From: Polyangiaceae bacterium
Lineage (GTDB): Bacteria; Myxococcota_A; Polyangia; Polyangiales; Polyangiaceae
Direction of reading: 5' to 3'
DNA: 64,000 nucleotides
Assembly (NCBI GenBank): GCA_044222475.1
Contig: JBGANF010000030.1
Coordinates: 1 to 64,000 of the forward strand
A program made the translations under genes and the position numbers. The notes below the pieces were generated by a model that was not told where the DNA came from, did not search any database, and worked only from the letters and a program-made list of their open reading frames with translations. Positions 58,931 to 64,000 of the stretch are shown here, piece by piece (position 1 is the first letter of the stretch; each line of letters opens with the position of its first letter).

Positions 58931-59115
58931 CGCCTCCCCTCGTCGCATGCCGGGGGGATCAGGGCCAAATTCTCGACCGCTATTTTCGCCGTGGTTTCCG
59001 GCGATTTGAGCGACATCCTCGCACCTTCTGCCCTCCCTCTTGACCGATCAGGCCAAAATGGCGGCCACGGTGGCCACCATGAGAAGAGCGGGCCGCGAAC
59101 GGGTAGAATGCGTGC

Positions 59116-60714
59116 ATGGGTGAGCGTTCCCCCCCGTTTCCCGAGAGGGTCGGGCGTTACGACGTCCTGCTCCCCATCGCGAGCGGCGGGATGGGGACCG
59201 TCTACCTCGCGCGCGCGACCAGCATCGGAGGCTTCGAGCGGGAGGTCGCGCTCAAGCTCATCCACTCGCACCTCAAGGACAACGCGTCGTTCGCCAGCGA
59301 TCTCGTCGAGGAGGCGAAGATCACGGTACGCGTGCGTCATCCCAACGTCGTCAGCGTGATCGACGTCGGCGAAGATCCGTTCGGCATCTACCTCGTGATG
59401 GAGTACGTCGAGGGCGATACGCTCGCCGGCATCCACAAGCGCGCGCTCGCCTCGCCGGAGCGTCAGCTCCCGGTGCGCATCGGCCTCAAGCTCCTGCTCG
59501 ACGCCCTCACCGGGCTCCACGCGGCGCACGAGCTGAAGGACGCAGCCGGCAACCCGACCGGCCTCGTCCATCGTGATTTTTCGCCCCAGAACATCCTCGT
59601 GGGCGTGGATGGCATCGGACGGCTCACGGACTTCGGGATCGCCAAGGCGGCGACGCGCATCAGCGACACGACCACGGGCACCATCAAGGGCAAGATCGCG
59701 TACATGGCGCCGGAGCAAGCGCGGGGCGCTGCGATCGATCGGCGCACCGACATCTGGGCCGCCGGCGTCGTCGCGTGGCAGATCCTCACTGGGCTGCGGT
59801 TGTACGCCGGGCAGGAGAACGAAGTCGCGACCTTGCTCAAGATCGCGACCGAGCCGCCGCCTCGGATTCGAGACGTTCGCCCCGACGTCGCTCCGGTGTT
59901 CGACGAAGCGGTCGCGCGCGCGCTCACGATGGATGCGGATCACCGCTGGCCCACCGCGCTCGCGTTCAAGCAAGCGCTCCTCGAAGCGTGCCGAGCGCAA
60001 CACGAGGTCGCCGACACCGACGAGGTCGCGGCGTTCGTGACCCGCGTCGTCGATCCGGTCGTGGCCGAGCGGCGGCGGCGCGTCGACGAGATCCTTCGCC
60101 TCCGCGCCGAGGTGGTGAAGATCGCCGCGCGCGCGGACGCGAGCGAGCCGGTCATGACTCCGAGCCAGAAGATCGCGGCGGTTGCGCGGGCGCCCGCCAG
60201 CGCCGACGAGCCCGAGACGCTCGTCCTCGCCGAGCCCAAGACGCTCGTCGCCGAGGCGAAGACGCTGACGGCTCCGGCGCCCGTTCCGCGCGTCGAGATC
60301 ACGCGCACCGACACGACGAGCGTCACGGAGCCGCGCGTTGTCGTCCCCCCATCTGCCCCGGCCCCGCGATGGACGCCGATCCTCTACGCCGCTGGCGGCG
60401 TGGTCGCTGCGTCGATCATCTTCCTCGCCGTCGCCGTCGCCCTCCGCGGCCCGACGACGACGAGCACCGCCATCCAGACGCTACCGGTCAGCGCATCGGT
60501 CACCGCGGCGGTCCCCGTCGCCACCACCGCCGTCGGGACCTCCATCGAGACCGATCCGACACCGATGGTCACCGCTCCGACATCCGCCCCCTCCGCGTCC
60601 GCGAGCGCGGCGCCTCATCCGACCGCGACGACGAGCCCGCACGTCGCGAAGCCGATCCCGAAGGCGACCGCCACGCAGTCGCCGCTTCCACGGTCGCCAT
60701 ACGAGGGGAAATGA
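59116..60714 (+). CDS. Membrane Ser/Thr protein kinase
   Basis: 'ASGGMGTVY', 'VALK', 'HRDFSPQN', 'DFGIAK', 'YMAPEQ'; TM and Thr/Pro-rich tail. Confidence 0.95.
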   Translation: MGERSPPFPERVGRYDVLLPIASGGMGTVYLARATSIGGFEREVALKLIHSHLKDNASFASDLVEEAKITVRVRHPNVVSVIDVGEDPFGIYLVMEYVEGDTLAGIHKRALASPERQLPVRIGLKLLLDALTGLHAAHELKDAAGNPTGLVHRDFSPQNILVGVDGIGRLTDFGIAKAATRISDTTTGTIKGKIAYMAPEQARGAAIDRRTDIWAAGVVAWQILTGLRLYAGQENEVATLLKIATEPPPRIRDVRPDVAPVFDEAVARALTMDADHRWPTALAFKQALLEACRAQHEVADTDEVAAFVTRVVDPVVAERRRRVDEILRLRAEVVKIAARADASEPVMTPSQKIAAVARAPASADEPETLVLAEPKTLVAEAKTLTAPAPVPRVEITRTDTTSVTEPRVVVPPSAPAPRWTPILYAAGGVVAASIIFLAVAVALRGPTTTSTAIQTLPVSASVTAAVPVATTAVGTSIETDPTPMVTAPTSAPSASASAAPHPTATTSPHVAKPIPKATATQSPLPRSPYEGK

Positions 60715-61580
60715 GAAGCGCCGCGGTCATCGCTTGCGTGGTTGCCGTGACGACGCTGTCGAGAGCAACGCTCGCCGACGACGCGAAATCGGCCGCCGAG
60801 CACTTCCGCGAAGGTCAGCGCGCCTACGAAGCCCATGACTACAAGCACGCGGCCGAAGAGTTCGAGGCGGCGAACAAGGCGAAGCCAGCCGCCGCCGCGC
60901 TCCTCGGCGCCGCTCTCTCGTGGGAGCACGGGGGCGATGCCGTGCGAGCAGCCAACGATTTCGCGGCCGCGCTCGATGCGGGCGGACTGGAGGCTCGCGA
61001 CGCCGCGACCGCGAGGGCTCACCTGGCCGATCTCGACGCGAAGGTAGGTCACCTCGAGATCCGCGGTGAGGCCGCTGCCCGGGTGACCGTCGACGGGGAC
61101 TACCTCGGTCCGCTGCCGCTCGACGTCCGGGTGATCCCCGGCGATCACGCGGTGGAGCTCACCGCGGCCACGGGAGCGACGATCCGTCGCGTCGTGACGG
61201 TGGGACCAGGGCTCACGCTCCGCGTCGACATGTCCCAACCCAAGGCCGCTCCGGAGACCCCGCCGCCGGAACCGAGCTCGGGCTCGACGCAGCGCATTCT
61301 CGGGTGGACCGGTGTCGGCGTGGGCGGAGGTGCGGTGGTCGCCGGCGTGATCGTGGGCGTGGTGGGGATCTCGACGCGGAACGAGTTCGTGGATGGCGGC
61401 GCCGTCGATGCCGCACTGCACGATCAAGCCGTCGCGATGCGCACATGGGCCAACGTCTTGCTCATCAGCGGCGCAGTGCTCGGCATCGTCGGCGGCGTGC
61501 TCCTCTTCACCGCGCCACGCGCGAGCGCCGTCGGTGTCGGTGTCGGTCCGGCGAGCGCGACCTTGCGGGTGACGTTTTGA
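60711..61580 (+). CDS. TPR + PEGA domain protein
   Basis: Signal peptide; 'FREGQRAY'; 'ARVTVDG...PGDHAVEL'; Gly-rich C-terminal segments. Confidence 0.8.
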   Translation: MRSAAVIACVVAVTTLSRATLADDAKSAAEHFREGQRAYEAHDYKHAAEEFEAANKAKPAAAALLGAALSWEHGGDAVRAANDFAAALDAGGLEARDAATARAHLADLDAKVGHLEIRGEAAARVTVDGDYLGPLPLDVRVIPGDHAVELTAATGATIRRVVTVGPGLTLRVDMSQPKAAPETPPPEPSSGSTQRILGWTGVGVGGGAVVAGVIVGVVGISTRNEFVDGGAVDAALHDQAVAMRTWANVLLISGAVLGIVGGVLLFTAPRASAVGVGVGPASATLRVTF

Positions 61581-62623
61581 GTCGCCGGTCGCGCGTGACT
61601 CTCGTGATCGTGGCGCTCGGCGCGATGAGCGCGCTCGGCGTGGGCGCGTGCGGCTTCGAGGTGCCCGACGTGGTGCAGCAGACGAACGACTCCGGTACGT
61701 CCGACGTGACGATCGACGATGGCGGCCTCGTCGACGCGCGCGATGCCGACGCCGACGCCGACGTCGGGCTCCCGACCTGCAACCCGAACGCGCCGTTCGC
61801 CGCACCGGTGCTCGTCGCCGAGCTTGCCGACCCGAACGTGAGCTTCGAGTCGCGTGAGCCTCGGCTCTCCGCCGACGAGCGCACGATCTACTTCTCGTTC
61901 GGGCCGGCGGGCGGAACGTTCGTGCTCTTCTACGCCAGCCGCCCATCGGCCAGCGTACCGTTCGGAGCGAAGGCGGCGGTCGCAGGGCTCACCGGCGGAA
62001 GCGGTTCGGACAACAACATCACGCTCTCCGCCGACGGGCTCGTCGCGCTCATCTCGTCGAATCGAACGAGCGGCGCGAACAACCCCAAGAGCTCCCAGAT
62101 CTGGTCCACGACGCGGGCGAACTTGTCGGCGCCCTTCGCTGCGCCGCAGTGGGCGCAAAACAAGTTCGGGTCCACGAGCGACGACATGGACCCGTTCTTC
62201 ATCCCGGACGCTGGCGGCCTCTTCTACGCCGCCCACATCGACTACTTCGACCAGAACGTCGTGAAGATCAAGCGCTGGACGTACGGCGGCGGCACCACCT
62301 ATTCCGCGGCGACCGGCCCGGCCTTCTCGCCACCGAATGCTGCCGCCAAGGACCGCGCCCCGGTGCTCACGCCGGACGAGCTCCGAATCTTCTACGCCAC
62401 GAACGCCGCACCCGACGGAGGCGTGGTGGCGGGCGGCAACATCTGGACTGCATCCCGGCCCGACAGAGCAGTGGGTTGGGGAACGCCCTCGATCGTCACC
62501 GAGCTTGCGGGGTTCGGTACGTATCCGCGACCAGGTTGGGTGTCGGCCAATGGGTGTCGGCTCTATCTCACGAGCAACAAGTCGGGGCGCAACCTGATCT
62601 ACCTGGCGCAACGGGGCAAATGA
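61577..62623 (+). CDS. PD40/TolB-like lipoprotein, paralog 1
   Basis: Lipobox 'GVGAC'; 'PRLSADERTIYF', 'PVLTPDELRIFY', 'SANGCRLYLTS'; start uncertain. Confidence 0.8.
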   Translation: MSRRSRVTLVIVALGAMSALGVGACGFEVPDVVQQTNDSGTSDVTIDDGGLVDARDADADADVGLPTCNPNAPFAAPVLVAELADPNVSFESREPRLSADERTIYFSFGPAGGTFVLFYASRPSASVPFGAKAAVAGLTGGSGSDNNITLSADGLVALISSNRTSGANNPKSSQIWSTTRANLSAPFAAPQWAQNKFGSTSDDMDPFFIPDAGGLFYAAHIDYFDQNVVKIKRWTYGGGTTYSAATGPAFSPPNAAAKDRAPVLTPDELRIFYATNAAPDGGVVAGGNIWTASRPDRAVGWGTPSIVTELAGFGTYPRPGWVSANGCRLYLTSNKSGRNLIYLAQRGK

Positions 62624-63687
62624 CCGTCCGACCTCCCCGGCGGCGCGCGTGGCGCGTTCCCCTCGCAGTGGTCGCGCTCGGTGGTTCGAGCGCAGCGCTC
62701 GCGAACGCGTGCGCCTACGAGGTGCCCGAAGTCGTGACACCGCTGGTGGACTCCGGCGGCACCGACGTGATCGTCGGCGACGGAGGATCGACCGACGCGA
62801 GTGACGCAGACGCCGATGCCGACGCGGCGACCGGGACGTGCAACCCGATCGCCCCGTTCGGAACCCCGGTGCTCATCCCTGAGCTCGCCGACCCCAACGT
62901 CACGTACGAGTCGCGCGAGCCGCGTCTCTCCGCCGACGAGCTGACCGTCTACTTCGCTTTTGGTCCGCAGAACGGGACGTTCGTACTCTTCACTGCCACT
63001 CGACCGTCGATGACGGCGACGTTCGGGGCGAAGGCTCCGATCGCCGGACTCACTGGCGGGAGCGGATCGGACAACAACATCACGGTCTCGGCGGATGGGC
63101 TCGTCGCGCTCCTTTCGTCGAACCGAACGCAAGGGTCGGTGAACCCGAACGTCTCGCAGCTCTGGTCGACCTCGCGCCCAAACGCGTCGGCGGCGTTCGC
63201 CACTCCGGTCTGGTCCAACACGGGCTTCGGATCCCAGAACGGGGACTATGATCCGTTCTTCATCCCCGGCGCCGGCGGACTCTTCTACTCGGTGTACGCC
63301 GACCTCAACACGGGGATCCTGAAGATCAAGCGCTCGGTCTACGCGGGGAACAACACCTACAACGGCGCGTCGGGGCCCGGATTCGCTCCGCCGAACGCGG
63401 CGGCCAGCGATCGCGCTCCCGTTCTCACGCCGGACGAGCTGCGGATCTTCTACGCCTCCAACGCCGGCCTCGACGGTGGCGTGCTCCCACCCGGCAACGG
63501 CAACATCTGGACGTCCGCGCGCCCCAGCAGCGCCGTCGGGTGGCCGCCACCGATCGCGGTCGCCGAGCTCGTGAACTTCGGCACCTATCCGCGACCCGGA
63601 TGGGTGTCTGCGAACGGCTGCCGCCTCTACCTCACCAGCAACAAGTCGGGCCGAAACCTGATCTACGTCGCGACGCGCGGGAAGTGA
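62620..63687 (+). CDS. PD40/TolB-like lipoprotein, paralog 2
   Basis: Lipobox 'LANAC'; same motifs as the adjacent gene. Confidence 0.8.
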   Translation: MTVRPPRRRAWRVPLAVVALGGSSAALANACAYEVPEVVTPLVDSGGTDVIVGDGGSTDASDADADADAATGTCNPIAPFGTPVLIPELADPNVTYESREPRLSADELTVYFAFGPQNGTFVLFTATRPSMTATFGAKAPIAGLTGGSGSDNNITVSADGLVALLSSNRTQGSVNPNVSQLWSTSRPNASAAFATPVWSNTGFGSQNGDYDPFFIPGAGGLFYSVYADLNTGILKIKRSVYAGNNTYNGASGPGFAPPNAAASDRAPVLTPDELRIFYASNAGLDGGVLPPGNGNIWTSARPSSAVGWPPPIAVAELVNFGTYPRPGWVSANGCRLYLTSNKSGRNLIYVATRGK

Positions 63688-63691
63688 GGGA

Positions 63692-64000
63692 TCAGCCGAG
63701 CGCGCTCAGAAGCTCGTCGCGCTCGGCGACGAGCTTCTTCGAGTTGATCGCCCGCTTGATGAGCCTCTTCGCTTCGTCGCGATCTGCCGGCCCGAGGCGG
63801 CCGATCCAGTCCTTCCGAAGCGCGGCCACCTGCTCGCGCTGGCTCAGCTTCGTTTCGTCGAGCCACTTCTCGAGCTCGACGACGACCTCCGAGCGCGGTG
63901 CATCGCTGGGCGGTCGCGGCGGCGGCGCTTCGGCGGGCGCCGGATCGGCTGCCGCCGGAGTGGAGGCACGGGTGGGTGCTGCGGGCGCGTTCGGTCGCGG
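63692..64000 (-). CDS. Hypothetical protein, C-terminal part (truncated by window edge)
   Basis: Open frame of 103 codons including the stop, Pro-rich linker then helical domain ending 'RDELLSALG*'. Confidence 0.55.
   Translation of the reverse strand, partial: PRPNAPAAPTRASTPAAADPAPAEAPPPRPPSDAPRSEVVVELEKWLDETKLSQREQVAALRKDWIGRLGPADRDEAKRLIKRAINSKKLVAERDELLSALG

Overview
High-GC bacterial chromosome segment. The gene content suggests Myxococcota, Polyangiaceae/Labilithrix-like (inference): many Cys-rich and 'DGG/DAG'-linker lipoproteins, ECF sigma/FecR and Ser/Thr kinase-PEGA modules, and an IgGFc-binding protein. About 55 CDS are supported. They include three hybrid histidine kinases (one a CheB-CheR fusion), a Rieske oxygenase/NAD(P)-reductase pair resembling bacterial sterol C-4 demethylase SdmAB, a MacAB-type ABC exporter and a CoaB-like/class II aldolase fusion. 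An 11-gene PhnD/PstS/porin/ExbBD-TonB/TBDR/PhoB cluster, a divergent EF-Tu paralog with YqeY behind a probable attenuator, and an isolated ftsA-ftsZ pair are also present. The most unusual structure is at 49.9-51.2 kb: two convergent four-helix-bundle (Avd/23S-IVP-like) genes. Each is preceded by a ~150-nt branched leader whose two copies differ by compensatory base changes, then a GTCCCA-N3-TGGGAC palindrome and a (GCTTCC)n microsatellite. In two other places a single gene is bracketed by an exact duplication of the neighbouring gene's 3' end, which could be an insertion scar or an assembly artefact. No rRNA, tRNA, CRISPR array, transposase or reverse transcriptase was seen. All family calls are from motif recognition by eye, not database searches.
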